Virus record (IMG/VR): IMGVR_UViG_3300025121_000776
Coordinates: 1 to 64,000 of that record
DNA length: 64,000 nucleotides
Direction: 5' to 3' (one strand)
Source of the DNA: a virus
Each line of letters begins with the position of its first letter. The stretch's first letter is position 1. Below the pieces are notes generated by a model. It made no database searches, was not told where the DNA came from, and saw only the letters and a list, made by a program, of their open reading frames with translations. Positions 28,796 through 37,971 of the stretch are shown in pieces. The position numbers were made by a program, and so were the translations under genes.

Positions 28796-28930
28796 TTATT
28801 TTTGTTTTTTTTCTATATATTCTTTTAAAAGCCTAATTATCAATTTACTTTTATTAAAGTCACCTTCTTCTAATTTTTTTATAGTTTCTGGAGATAAAGT
28901 GATACTTAATTTCATAGTTTCGTTTTTCAT
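28796..28930 (-). CDS. Small ribbon-helix-helix-like protein (44 aa, not in ORF track)
   Basis: MKNETMKLSITLSPETIKKLEEGDFNKSKLIIRLLKEYIEKKQK; alternating beta-strand then two helices. Confidence 0.55.
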   Translation of the reverse strand: MKNETMKLSITLSPETIKKLEEGDFNKSKLIIRLLKEYIEKKQK

Positions 28931-28988
28931 AGATTTATTTTATTTTAAATATAATTAAAAAACTTATAAAATACAAAATATTTTTAAT

Positions 28989-29017
28989 AAGCCTTTACAT
29001 TCGTGAAGGCTTTTTTT
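28989..29017 (+). terminator. Rho-independent terminator
   Basis: AAGCCTT...AAGGCTT stem followed by a T7 run. Confidence 0.7.
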
Positions 29018-29050
29018 ATTTTTCTCATAATTAATTAAAAAATTAAATTT

Positions 29051-29278
29051 ATGAAGAATAGTGAAAAGTCAATTAATGGCAAAAGAATTTTTATCGTTTA
29101 TACAAATGTGGGAAATCTATCGGATACCGAAATTCTACCCTACATGGGAAAAGCAAAATTAGCATTTAAAGAAATAGAAAAATTTGATGATGCAATTGTC
29201 ATTTATATTCCCATTAGAGGCGAAAACAGTAGGTGGAAACCATTTTTTGCTAAAATAAAATATTATGAGAAACGATAA
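29051..29278 (+). CDS. Small hypothetical protein
   Basis: 75 aa ORF with A-rich leader; RIFIVYTNVGNL segment. Confidence 0.55.
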   Translation: MKNSEKSINGKRIFIVYTNVGNLSDTEILPYMGKAKLAFKEIEKFDDAIVIYIPIRGENSRWKPFFAKIKYYEKR

Positions 29279-29645
29279 AATTATTAATGAAATTAGAATA
29301 AGATTAGGTGCTCCAACGATTGCAATCGAGTTGATTGATGAGCAAATCAAAGAAGCTATTAGAATTGCCAAGGAAGAATTTACATTCATTACATCATCTG
29401 TTGGAATAACTCCAAGGTTAGGAGTAAAAAACATCTGGATAAAAAGATATACCTTGGCAGTTTGCAAAGAAATGCTTGGTAGAATTAGGGGAAAATTCGA
29501 AAAAATTCCTATGTCAGAAAATGGAAATGAGATGGATGCAAAAGCTCTCTTAAAAGAATCTACAGATGAAAAAAACCTTTTATTCAGAATGTGTATAAAC
29601 CAAACTCCAGAGCAGTTTATATTGCTTGGGAAAGATAAAATATAA
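29265..29645 (+). CDS. Short neck/head-closure protein (T4 gp13-like fragments)
   Basis: IRIRLGAPTIAIELIDEQIKEAI and WIKRYTLAVCKEMLGRIRGKF resemble the gp13 N- and C-terminal motifs. Confidence 0.5.
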   Translation: MRNDKIINEIRIRLGAPTIAIELIDEQIKEAIRIAKEEFTFITSSVGITPRLGVKNIWIKRYTLAVCKEMLGRIRGKFEKIPMSENGNEMDAKALLKESTDEKNLLFRMCINQTPEQFILLGKDKI

Positions 29646-29654
29646 AAATAAATC

Positions 29655-30434
29655 ATGAAAAAATTAGGAATCGCAATTGATGGCGTTATAAGAAATTATC
29701 TTGATGCATTTGACAAACAGTATAGAAAAGCATTTATTCATAATGCAAACATTGTTCAAATGGATGAAGAATTTCAATTTAAAGACCCGACTGAAAAAGA
29801 CTTAGAGGAGGCAACAAAAAGAATTGAAGAAAAAACAAAGGAGTTAATTTCTTTGCCAGTGGACTCACTTGATTTACTTAACCACTATCAATTCAATGAA
29901 ATCAAAGAATTTGAAAATGAAAATGCATTTAAAACCCCAGAAGACTCCGAATTCAACAATTTTAATATGGAAACAGAGTTCAAAAATAGAATTCTAACTC
30001 CGCAGGAAGCACTGCACAAATTTATGTATGAAAAGTACCCTTTTAGAATTTTCGGAGATTCAGAAGAATATCAGAACGCAATGAGTCACTTTAATAGGAT
30101 TCAAGCATATGGGTTGCAACACAATCTATTTGAAACTATTCTTATCACAGACTTAAAAGCTAACGCTGTGACTGCAAATTATTTTTTCTTACATAAAACT
30201 GGCTGTAGAGCAAAAAGCGTACAAGTTGCAAAGGATAATGTAGATAAATGGAATTTTTGTGACGTTCTAGTTGATGCATCTCCAGAGGCATTTCAAAATA
30301 AACCAGATGGAAAAATATCTATTAAAATAGAAAGATTATTTAATCAATATGATGAAGCAGATTATTCGCTTAAGCATCTTAAAGATTTGAATAATGAAAT
30401 GTTACTTAAAAAATTATTTATTGTCAATGGATAA
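29655..30434 (+). CDS. HAD / 5'-nucleotidase-like protein with degenerate motif I
   Basis: LGIAIDGVIRN start (DxDG with first Asp replaced by Ala), DVLVDA, late YN-like motif (FNQ). Confidence 0.5.
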   Translation: MKKLGIAIDGVIRNYLDAFDKQYRKAFIHNANIVQMDEEFQFKDPTEKDLEEATKRIEEKTKELISLPVDSLDLLNHYQFNEIKEFENENAFKTPEDSEFNNFNMETEFKNRILTPQEALHKFMYEKYPFRIFGDSEEYQNAMSHFNRIQAYGLQHNLFETILITDLKANAVTANYFFLHKTGCRAKSVQVAKDNVDKWNFCDVLVDASPEAFQNKPDGKISIKIERLFNQYDEADYSLKHLKDLNNEMLLKKLFIVNG

Positions 30435-31122
30435 TTTTGCAAAAAGATACAAATATTTAGTTAAATATCCTTTAAACGAGGAAATGACAATTTCGCCAAG
30501 CTTCCAAAATAATGTTTTTGAGAAGAATGATGCACGGAAAAGCATTGCTTTAGAAGTTGGAGTTGATGATGAAAATAAAGAACAAAATAGAATTAATCTT
30601 ATTTTACAATTTAGCAATGCAAGTGGTTATAAAGAATTGGTTTTTTATTTTAATGTAACTGATGAAGAAAACAGCAAAACAACAGTTGTTCCAGCCGCTA
30701 TATATGATAAAAATATTGTAAAAAGACATCTTCCAAAAGAACTGTTAGGTAAAAATGTTTTTAGAGATAAAATAAATGAAATGTTTAAAATACTTATAAT
30801 TATGGAAAAACCAGATTACTTTTTTATGGAATCATATGAAGACTTCAAAGATTACAAACAAATATCTTATTACGAACAATTAATAAAATTGATTACAGAC
30901 AATGGGTATGAAATAGAAAAACAAGGAGTTAATATTAACAAAAAATATTATTGGAAATTTGTAAACAAAGTTATTTTAGAAACCGAAGAATATAAAGACA
31001 AAATTAAAAATGAAGATTTTATACCTTGCAGAAACAATGTTCCTGATTATTGGGAAAAGATGGATGAGCTTTGTGAAGCGTCTTTAATAAGAAAAAACGC
31101 TAAAGAATCTACAGAAAAATAA
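30427..31122 (+). CDS. Hypothetical protein
   Basis: Long ORF tiling between neighbours; ATG 30427 avoids a large overlap. Confidence 0.6.
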   Translation: MDNFAKRYKYLVKYPLNEEMTISPSFQNNVFEKNDARKSIALEVGVDDENKEQNRINLILQFSNASGYKELVFYFNVTDEENSKTTVVPAAIYDKNIVKRHLPKELLGKNVFRDKINEMFKILIIMEKPDYFFMESYEDFKDYKQISYYEQLIKLITDNGYEIEKQGVNINKKYYWKFVNKVILETEEYKDKIKNEDFIPCRNNVPDYWEKMDELCEASLIRKNAKESTEK

Positions 31123-31155
31123 ATATAATTTATATAATCAATTAAAAACAATAAT

Positions 31156-32238
31156 ATGAAAAAAATTAAAGATTCAGCAAAAGCTGAAATGAAAAAAGCA
31201 GTTCAAAAAGAACTGTCAAGAATAATGGCAAAACAAATTGCAAAAGAAGACTTTTTTAAAGAAATGGTACAAGAAATAGTATCAGATTTTTTTGAAGAAG
31301 ATGCAATTAAGGAAACAGCTATTCCACACCCAGAACAACCATGGAATTGGGGCACAACTACACCAGAAAGATTAAAGCTTTTGGCTGGAATAAAAAAGGG
31401 CGAATTAAAAGATGAGTTTTCTAAAATTATTAACAAAAATCTTAATAGCGAAGAAAAGGAATATTTTGAACAAATAGCTGATTCCCCCAATATCAAAAAC
31501 TCACCAGACTTCAATAGGCTAATTAAAAGAAAAAACTCAAATGTTCTTTTTACAGATGAGCAAATGAGAACTTTATTTGACCCAGCCCGTTTGGCTGAAA
31601 AAGAAAAAGCACAATCTAGCTACTCAAATGATATTGTTTTTGGAAAAGCAAATCCGCAAAACATAAACAAACTTAGTGGTTTTGTAAAAGACCAGGCAAT
31701 TGAAGATTATTCACGAATTAACTACACGCAAGAAGTTAAAGATAATTTATTTGATTACATTAAAAATAACAAATCTTCTTTAGAGGCAACACATGAACAA
31801 TTCCACATTAATCCCATTAATTCAATGGAAAGGTATCATGTAACAAATAAAAAAAATTTACATCTAGATAAAACTGAGGTGGCCTATAAATTCAACAGAG
31901 GAGCTTATAATATAAATCCAGAGCACTTTTCTTTTAATGTAGAAATAAAAACAAATACAAAAACAAACATTAAGGCTGTACTGTTAAACGATGTTTATTT
32001 AAAAGGAGAATATTTTCCTCATGGACACATTACTTTTGATGATGTGACAAAGCTTTTAGATATAGCACAGCAAATTTATTCTGATACAATAATTTGTCCT
32101 CTTTCAGAAACTCGCATAGAAGAAACTCAAGTAGAAAGAGTTAATAGAATTAAAAAACCAAGACGTAGCATAGTTTCAGCAAGTTTTAAATCATCGAAAC
32201 CTAAAAAAATCAATAAAAAAGAAAGAAAAGTTAAATAA
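31156..32238 (+). CDS. Hypothetical protein with basic C-terminus
   Basis: 360 aa ORF; no recognised motif. Confidence 0.65.
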   Translation: MKKIKDSAKAEMKKAVQKELSRIMAKQIAKEDFFKEMVQEIVSDFFEEDAIKETAIPHPEQPWNWGTTTPERLKLLAGIKKGELKDEFSKIINKNLNSEEKEYFEQIADSPNIKNSPDFNRLIKRKNSNVLFTDEQMRTLFDPARLAEKEKAQSSYSNDIVFGKANPQNINKLSGFVKDQAIEDYSRINYTQEVKDNLFDYIKNNKSSLEATHEQFHINPINSMERYHVTNKKNLHLDKTEVAYKFNRGAYNINPEHFSFNVEIKTNTKTNIKAVLLNDVYLKGEYFPHGHITFDDVTKLLDIAQQIYSDTIICPLSETRIEETQVERVNRIKKPRRSIVSASFKSSKPKKINKKERKVK

Positions 32239-32298
32239 CCGTTTATTTTACTTTAAAAAATAAATATAATTAATTTAAATAACTGAAAAAAATATCAT

Positions 32299-33483
32299 AT
32301 GGAAGAACAAGTGATTGAAAAAACTCAGATAGACCACAATGAATTGGTTGAATCTGTAATTGAAAAAGTAAGAACTAATAAATCAAAGTATTATTTTTAC
32401 TGCCCACCTCTTAATACTGCAAGTGGCGGAATTGGAGTACTAATTAAATTAGCTAGAATTTTAAAAACTGAGGGTTATGATTCTAAAATCGTATTTGAGC
32501 CCAGACAAGACCAAAAGGCTTCTTATGAGGAATCAAAAAAACACAATAAGCAAGTTGATATTTTTGAAAAGTTTAATCCAACTTGGTTAGATTTCGATTA
32601 TTCTGATATCGAATTTCTTCCTTTGGGAGATAAGGCAATTACTTACAATGATGGTACAAAACAAGAATGTGCTGCTTTAAATGTAAACCCAGAAGATTTT
32701 TTCATTATTCCAGAAGGGTTTCCAAATGTAATGAAAAAAACTATGCAGGTTGCATGTAAAAAAATCGTTTTAGCACAAAGTTGGTTTTATGTCCTTAACG
32801 CCTTAAATACTGGTGAAAACTGGCAAAGTATGGGTGCCTTTGATGTAATTTCTGTTTCGGCTGCAATTACTGAATATTTAAATACTGTTATGCCTGGCTT
32901 AAAAATTAAAAACTTTTCGCAAGGAATTAATAGAAAAATATTTAAAGTTCCTGGAAAAAAATCCAACAAATATCCAATGATTGGATTCATGGGAAGTAGA
33001 GGGCAAGAAAATCAAATGAAAACTTTTAATATTATTAAAACTTTTCAAGCTTTTTATCCACACTTAAGATGGGTTAGATTTATTCAATTAGGAGGATTGT
33101 CTAAAAAAGATTTCGCAGAGAGATTATCAAGTTGCGCATTTGTTTTATACACAGATGATATTGCTGGATTTGGGACTCTTCCTTTAGAGGCGATGGCAAC
33201 TGGAACACACGTTGTTGGGTGGAATGCATATGGAGGAAAAGAGTATGTTACCGCAGAAAATGGATTTTGGACTGTGAATGGAGATATTTTTCAGACAGCA
33301 GAAATTTTAGGCATCGCTATTGATAAATGGTTAAATGGAGAATTGGATGCTGAAGAAATTCAAGAATCATATGAAAAAACCTTATCAAAATACACAGAAG
33401 AAGGTGAAAAAGAAAATATTTTACAAATTATTAACCAATATAAAAACGAAAGAATCAATGAACTTGAAGGACTTAAAAAATAG
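32299..33483 (+). CDS. GT-B (GT4-like) glycosyltransferase
   Basis: SGGIGVL, IIPE, AGFGTLPLEAMATGTHVVG motif. Confidence 0.75.
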   Translation: MEEQVIEKTQIDHNELVESVIEKVRTNKSKYYFYCPPLNTASGGIGVLIKLARILKTEGYDSKIVFEPRQDQKASYEESKKHNKQVDIFEKFNPTWLDFDYSDIEFLPLGDKAITYNDGTKQECAALNVNPEDFFIIPEGFPNVMKKTMQVACKKIVLAQSWFYVLNALNTGENWQSMGAFDVISVSAAITEYLNTVMPGLKIKNFSQGINRKIFKVPGKKSNKYPMIGFMGSRGQENQMKTFNIIKTFQAFYPHLRWVRFIQLGGLSKKDFAERLSSCAFVLYTDDIAGFGTLPLEAMATGTHVVGWNAYGGKEYVTAENGFWTVNGDIFQTAEILGIAIDKWLNGELDAEEIQESYEKTLSKYTEEGEKENILQIINQYKNERINELEGLKK

Positions 33484-34396
33484 CAATGTACTTGTCGCTA
33501 TATATATAGATGACTTAAGTAATTTAACAACTTTAGAAGAAACTTTTTATAGTATTTCTAAACAAACACACCCAATAGATTTGTTGGTGTTACATCCAGA
33601 ATTTTCAGAAGACCAACTTAATTCTTTAAAAGAAGCGCTAACCAATCCGAAAATTGTTTTGAGAAAACAAAATGAAAAAAGGGAATTTGAAGAAGAAATT
33701 TTAACAACCGATGAAAAAATTAATTATTTTTTATCAGTTTCTACCGCTGAGTCATTTTCTAAAATATTCAATGATGGATTTAATATCGCCTTAGAAAATG
33801 AATATGAATTCTATTCTGTTATAGAAACAAATGATGTAGTCGGGTTAAATTGGTATTCTCATGCAAATATTTATGCAAAAGAAAACGAAAACATTTCTAT
33901 CTTTTTTCCAATCATTAGGAATACCGTAAATGGAGTTTTTAGTAGTTTAATAAACGAAGCTCCGTGGGCTGAAGGAATGGCTGAAGAGGCAGGAAAAGTA
34001 GATTCAAATTTATTGTCAAGATTTAATTGTATTATTCCACTAAGCGCTATATTCAAAATAAGTATCCTTAAAGAGTACAGTGAACAAAAGCATGATGGAA
34101 AATATTACCCATTTAAAGAAAGTTTAAAAATAAGTCATTATTATGAATTTCTTATGAGGATGGTTTATAATGATGTGAAAGCCATGTGTGTTCCAAGAAT
34201 TGGATACGAGTTTAAAGTAAAAAATTCTGAAACCTTCAAACATACAGGTTGCAAAATTCCTCAAAACTTATCACAAATTCCTATTGATAAAGGTGGAATA
34301 ACACCAGCAGAGGGTAGTTTTTGGATGAGCTTAGCTAAAAAAGAATACTTTTTTGACGAAGATAGGAATAAGGTTTATGAAGAAGCTAAACAGTAA
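33458..34396 (+). CDS. Divergent GT-A-like glycosyltransferase
   Basis: YSISKQT, FNDG..ALE.EYEFYSVIETND, YEFLMRM...VPRIGY; ATG 33458 (MNLKD) preferred. Confidence 0.5.
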   Translation: MNLKDLKNSNVLVAIYIDDLSNLTTLEETFYSISKQTHPIDLLVLHPEFSEDQLNSLKEALTNPKIVLRKQNEKREFEEEILTTDEKINYFLSVSTAESFSKIFNDGFNIALENEYEFYSVIETNDVVGLNWYSHANIYAKENENISIFFPIIRNTVNGVFSSLINEAPWAEGMAEEAGKVDSNLLSRFNCIIPLSAIFKISILKEYSEQKHDGKYYPFKESLKISHYYEFLMRMVYNDVKAMCVPRIGYEFKVKNSETFKHTGCKIPQNLSQIPIDKGGITPAEGSFWMSLAKKEYFFDEDRNKVYEEAKQ

Positions 34397-35423
34397 AAAA
34401 AAGTCAGAGCAAGACTTTGATAAGGTTTGTGAAAAAGATTCTGTACTTTTTTTAAATGAAGGAACTGAAGAAAGAGTTAATTTAGGTGAAGAATTAAAGT
34501 TACATAATGATTTAACAAAAGAGCCATCTAACTCTTTATCTGAAGACCTTGAAGATGAAGAGTTAATTTTAGAATCTGACATTAGAGCTGAGGCAGATGA
34601 GTTAATACTTGACGAAAAAAGCATCAAAACATATTGGACCGATGAAACTGAAGATGGAATTGTTGAGTTTTTATATTTGAATGAGTTTTTTTATGAAAAC
34701 AGAATAAAAGAAGAACACGAAGATGCAGTAAAAGAGAAGCGACCAGTAAATAAATCTTATTGTAGGGATATGGAAATGAAAATGGAGGCAGTCTTGCAAA
34801 TACAAGACCGTTATTCTCAAAGGGAAAAAATATTTAGACAAAAAATAGAAACTCCTCTTAGAAAATTGGTAGAAAACATTCTTTTTAATTATAGGTTGTT
34901 TATCCCAGATTCAGATTCGAAAACTCAGCAAAAAGATTGTTTTACTTTTTTATATCTCAAGTTTTCAAATTTTAATCCCTGGCGAAAAACAAAATCGTTT
35001 TCATATTTTGGCACAATAGCAAAACATTATTTTTTAGGAAATAAAAAAGAATATTCTAAAAATGTAAAGATTCTATATGATTATGATACAAACAAAGAGG
35101 AAGCTGATAATAAAAAAATAGAAGACCCAAAGCCATATGCAAAAGAGGATACGTCATTAGATTTGTTTAATTTCATTATAAACTCCATAGAAACCGAACT
35201 AAACAAAAATTCTTTATCAAAAAATGACCAAAAGGTTGGAGATGCAATCATTCAAATATTTAAAAATCACGAAATTTTGGGGGTTTACAACAAAAATCAG
35301 GTTTATCAACTAATAAAAGAAAACACAGGGCTAGAAACAAAGGATATTACATATTCTTTGCACAGATTCAGAATAGTATATAAAGTATTAAAACAAGAAT
35401 TTGTACAAAAAAAAGAAGATTAA
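34353..35423 (+). CDS. Phage sigma-factor-like protein (candidate late sigma)
   Basis: YWTDETEDGIVEF, KLVENI..Y, FNPWRKTKSFSYFGTIAKHYF (region-2-like, cf. T4 gp55 PFAYFT), C-terminal HTH-like segment; ATG 34377 possible. Confidence 0.55.
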   Translation: MTKIGIRFMKKLNSKKKSEQDFDKVCEKDSVLFLNEGTEERVNLGEELKLHNDLTKEPSNSLSEDLEDEELILESDIRAEADELILDEKSIKTYWTDETEDGIVEFLYLNEFFYENRIKEEHEDAVKEKRPVNKSYCRDMEMKMEAVLQIQDRYSQREKIFRQKIETPLRKLVENILFNYRLFIPDSDSKTQQKDCFTFLYLKFSNFNPWRKTKSFSYFGTIAKHYFLGNKKEYSKNVKILYDYDTNKEEADNKKIEDPKPYAKEDTSLDLFNFIINSIETELNKNSLSKNDQKVGDAIIQIFKNHEILGVYNKNQVYQLIKENTGLETKDITYSLHRFRIVYKVLKQEFVQKKED

Positions 35424-35442
35424 TATTTTTTTTTTAGCCATA

Positions 35443-35450
35443 TATTTATA
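35443..35450 (+). promoter_or_regulatory. TATTTATA octamer, putative phage late promoter
   Basis: 14 nt upstream of ATG 35465, first gene of the structural block; motif recurs before many genes. Confidence 0.55.
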
Positions 35451-35464
35451 TAAAAATTAAAACT

Positions 35465-35851
35465 ATGGCTGAAAAATTAGAAATTTCAAAAGATGGCTAC
35501 TTAAATCTAGTAAAAAGAGTTTTCGACAATAAGCTTGAAGAACGAGAACTTGCTTTAGATAGATATAGAAAAGCCGATGACCAAATGGAATCTGCTGAGC
35601 AATTTATGCTAATGGGAAAAAATGCTGTTGCTTTTTTAAACTTAGCATCAATTTCCACAAACGATTTAGCAGCTCTTGCCAAAGAAATAAAAAGCATTGT
35701 TTATAAAAGTGAGGGGGGCGATGATGCTGGCTTTAACTTGTCAGATGAATGGAAAGATGCTATTAGCGAAAAAATAGAGGAAGCTGAAAAGCGAAGTACA
35801 AGAAGAGATGATATTGAAAATGATGAACCACAATCAATCCCTTTAAAATAA
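35465..35851 (+). CDS. Hypothetical helical protein
   Basis: 128 aa ORF downstream of the sigma-like gene. Confidence 0.65.
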   Translation: MAEKLEISKDGYLNLVKRVFDNKLEERELALDRYRKADDQMESAEQFMLMGKNAVAFLNLASISTNDLAALAKEIKSIVYKSEGGDDAGFNLSDEWKDAISEKIEEAEKRSTRRDDIENDEPQSIPLK

Positions 35852-37320
35852 TGGCATATACAATTCCTTTAGACCAGCCCCTAAGTGAAACTCAAGCTAA
35901 ATTAATTGCTCAAGTTGGGTCAATGAAAAATCTTGCTGATTTGCCTTTTTTGAAAAAATTTAAAACCTTTTTTAAACAGGGAGATGGCATGTCTTTATTT
36001 GATTATTTAATGAAAGTTTTAAGGTCAATGGGTATTGACTCTCAAATTTTATTATCAGCTTTCCTTAATGATTTATTTAGAACCGAAAAGCTAGTTGAGT
36101 TGATTTTAAGAGCAGTGAGTCAGTTGGCTACGGTTGCAAAAGTTAAATTAAATCAAGACCCAAGTATTATATTTATCATTCCAACTGGAACTATGACAAA
36201 TGATGAAAAAAAAGCATTATCTGATATAAATTACAATTGGTTAAATTCTGGACTTATAAAACAAACTTTGACAACACTTGTAGGTGTTGTCAAAATTAGA
36301 ATTATTCAAGAACTTATGATTCTAATTTTTGGAAAACCGAAAAAAAACGAAGCTGCTTTTGGTAGTGACAACGCATTAACTTATAACCAAACAAGATTCA
36401 GTGAACTTATGGACGAGGCGGTTTGTGGAAGTTCAATCTTTAGTGTATCAAGTTCAGCAAATGTTAGAAATGAAGATTTAGAATATAATAGACTTAAAAA
36501 AATAGAACAAATACAAAATGGAAATCTTTCATTTAAGGTGACTTGCCAAGGCGTTGAAATCACTTTGCCAGATGACCCAATGTATTTATTTAGAGATGCT
36601 CCACCAGGAATTATGGGCTCTCAGCCAGTAACTCCACAAGAAGCAATGACAAATGTATTTAACATTGTCGGAAATCAAATTCAAAAAGGAACATCTGGGG
36701 ATAGCAGCCAATCAAATGCAAGCTCTGGGGCAAAAAGTTTTACTCAAAGTTTTCTTGAAACTTTAGTTACTTCTATAACAACTTTGTTAAAACCAATTTT
36801 TTTAGGAATAACAGCTATGGTACCAGGTTCGCCTGCATCAATGGGGATTACTGGAGATGCCTATGATATGTTAAAAGATGGTTTGTTAATGTTTATATTT
36901 AACAATTCTACACAACCAAACTATGGAGGTCTTGAGACAATAGATTATCACCCATATTCAAGTTGTGATATTTTAAGAAATAAATTAGATAAAAACAACT
37001 TAGATGATACTCAGAAGAAAAAAACAGCTTTAACAACTATATTGTGTAATTTAATTTTAAACATGGTTTTGGGGTTTATTTTAGCATATGTTCTTGAAAA
37101 AGTTAAAAAATTAATTGTAAAATATATAGTTAAAAGAGCACAAGAAAGGATAAAGAGAAAAATTGAAAAAATGAAAGCTAAATTAGACGAAAAAACTGGT
37201 GGAAGGCAAAGAAGAAAAGTGGAAAAATCTGCGAGACAAGTTAAATTAATGAAGAAAGTTATTCCTGTGTTAAGTGTTGCAAAAAATTCAGTTATTAACA
37301 ATATAAATATCAATTCTTAA
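35851..37320 (+). CDS. Hypothetical protein (probable virion/tail protein)
   Basis: 489 aa ORF, TAATG coupling, basic C-terminal helix. Confidence 0.6.
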   Translation: MAYTIPLDQPLSETQAKLIAQVGSMKNLADLPFLKKFKTFFKQGDGMSLFDYLMKVLRSMGIDSQILLSAFLNDLFRTEKLVELILRAVSQLATVAKVKLNQDPSIIFIIPTGTMTNDEKKALSDINYNWLNSGLIKQTLTTLVGVVKIRIIQELMILIFGKPKKNEAAFGSDNALTYNQTRFSELMDEAVCGSSIFSVSSSANVRNEDLEYNRLKKIEQIQNGNLSFKVTCQGVEITLPDDPMYLFRDAPPGIMGSQPVTPQEAMTNVFNIVGNQIQKGTSGDSSQSNASSGAKSFTQSFLETLVTSITTLLKPIFLGITAMVPGSPASMGITGDAYDMLKDGLLMFIFNNSTQPNYGGLETIDYHPYSSCDILRNKLDKNNLDDTQKKKTALTTILCNLILNMVLGFILAYVLEKVKKLIVKYIVKRAQERIKRKIEKMKAKLDEKTGGRQRRKVEKSARQVKLMKKVIPVLSVAKNSVINNININS

Positions 37321-37323
37321 TTT

Positions 37324-37740
37324 ATGGCATTTATAAATATAGACCCCAGTTTAGATATTGCAGAAGAAATTGCTGATTTATTAATGACTTTCATTAGTGA
37401 TAGTGTTGAATTTAATAGAAATTTGACAGTTTACGAAATATTGGCTCAAAAAATAAGACCAGGTTTAAATTCTGAAATTTTAGCAAACTCAATCGTTTCA
37501 AGATTTAAAGAAATTGGAATACCAACTGGACCTCTTGTTAATGGCGCTACAAATGTTATGGAAGCTTTTGTGGTTATTATATGTGAAGAGATTATTAATA
37601 CTTTACAAGATGATATGAGGGTTGATATTGGTATTTTTCCAGGTGGAACCGTTAATGCAAATGGTGCTAATGCTGGAGGACCAGTTGTTTCTATTGGAAC
37701 AACCATAACTGCACAACAAGGAATTGGAATAGCAAGATAA
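37324..37740 (+). CDS. Hypothetical protein (probable baseplate component)
   Basis: 138 aa, Gly-rich C-terminal beta segment. Confidence 0.55.
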   Translation: MAFINIDPSLDIAEEIADLLMTFISDSVEFNRNLTVYEILAQKIRPGLNSEILANSIVSRFKEIGIPTGPLVNGATNVMEAFVVIICEEIINTLQDDMRVDIGIFPGGTVNANGANAGGPVVSIGTTITAQQGIGIAR

Positions 37741-37741
37741 T

Positions 37742-37969
37742 ATGGATAAAAAAACTAAAGCGGAACTTCTCGAAGAGGTTAGGAATTTAGCAGACAAGCA
37801 TGCTGAATTAAAATCAACAATTACAGAAATGCTTGACGAGGCAGAAAAAAAGAAGCTTGAATATGATAAAATTATTGAATTAAAGTCGATAGTTACAGAA
37901 ATATTAAGCGAGATAGACAAAATAGAATTAGAATATAGCAGAGTTGTTGAGGAAATTAAAAAAAATTAA
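37742..37969 (+). CDS. Small coiled-coil protein
   Basis: 75 aa heptad-rich ORF. Confidence 0.6.
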   Translation: MDKKTKAELLEEVRNLADKHAELKSTITEMLDEAEKKKLEYDKIIELKSIVTEILSEIDKIELEYSRVVEEIKKN

Positions 37970-37971
37970 TT

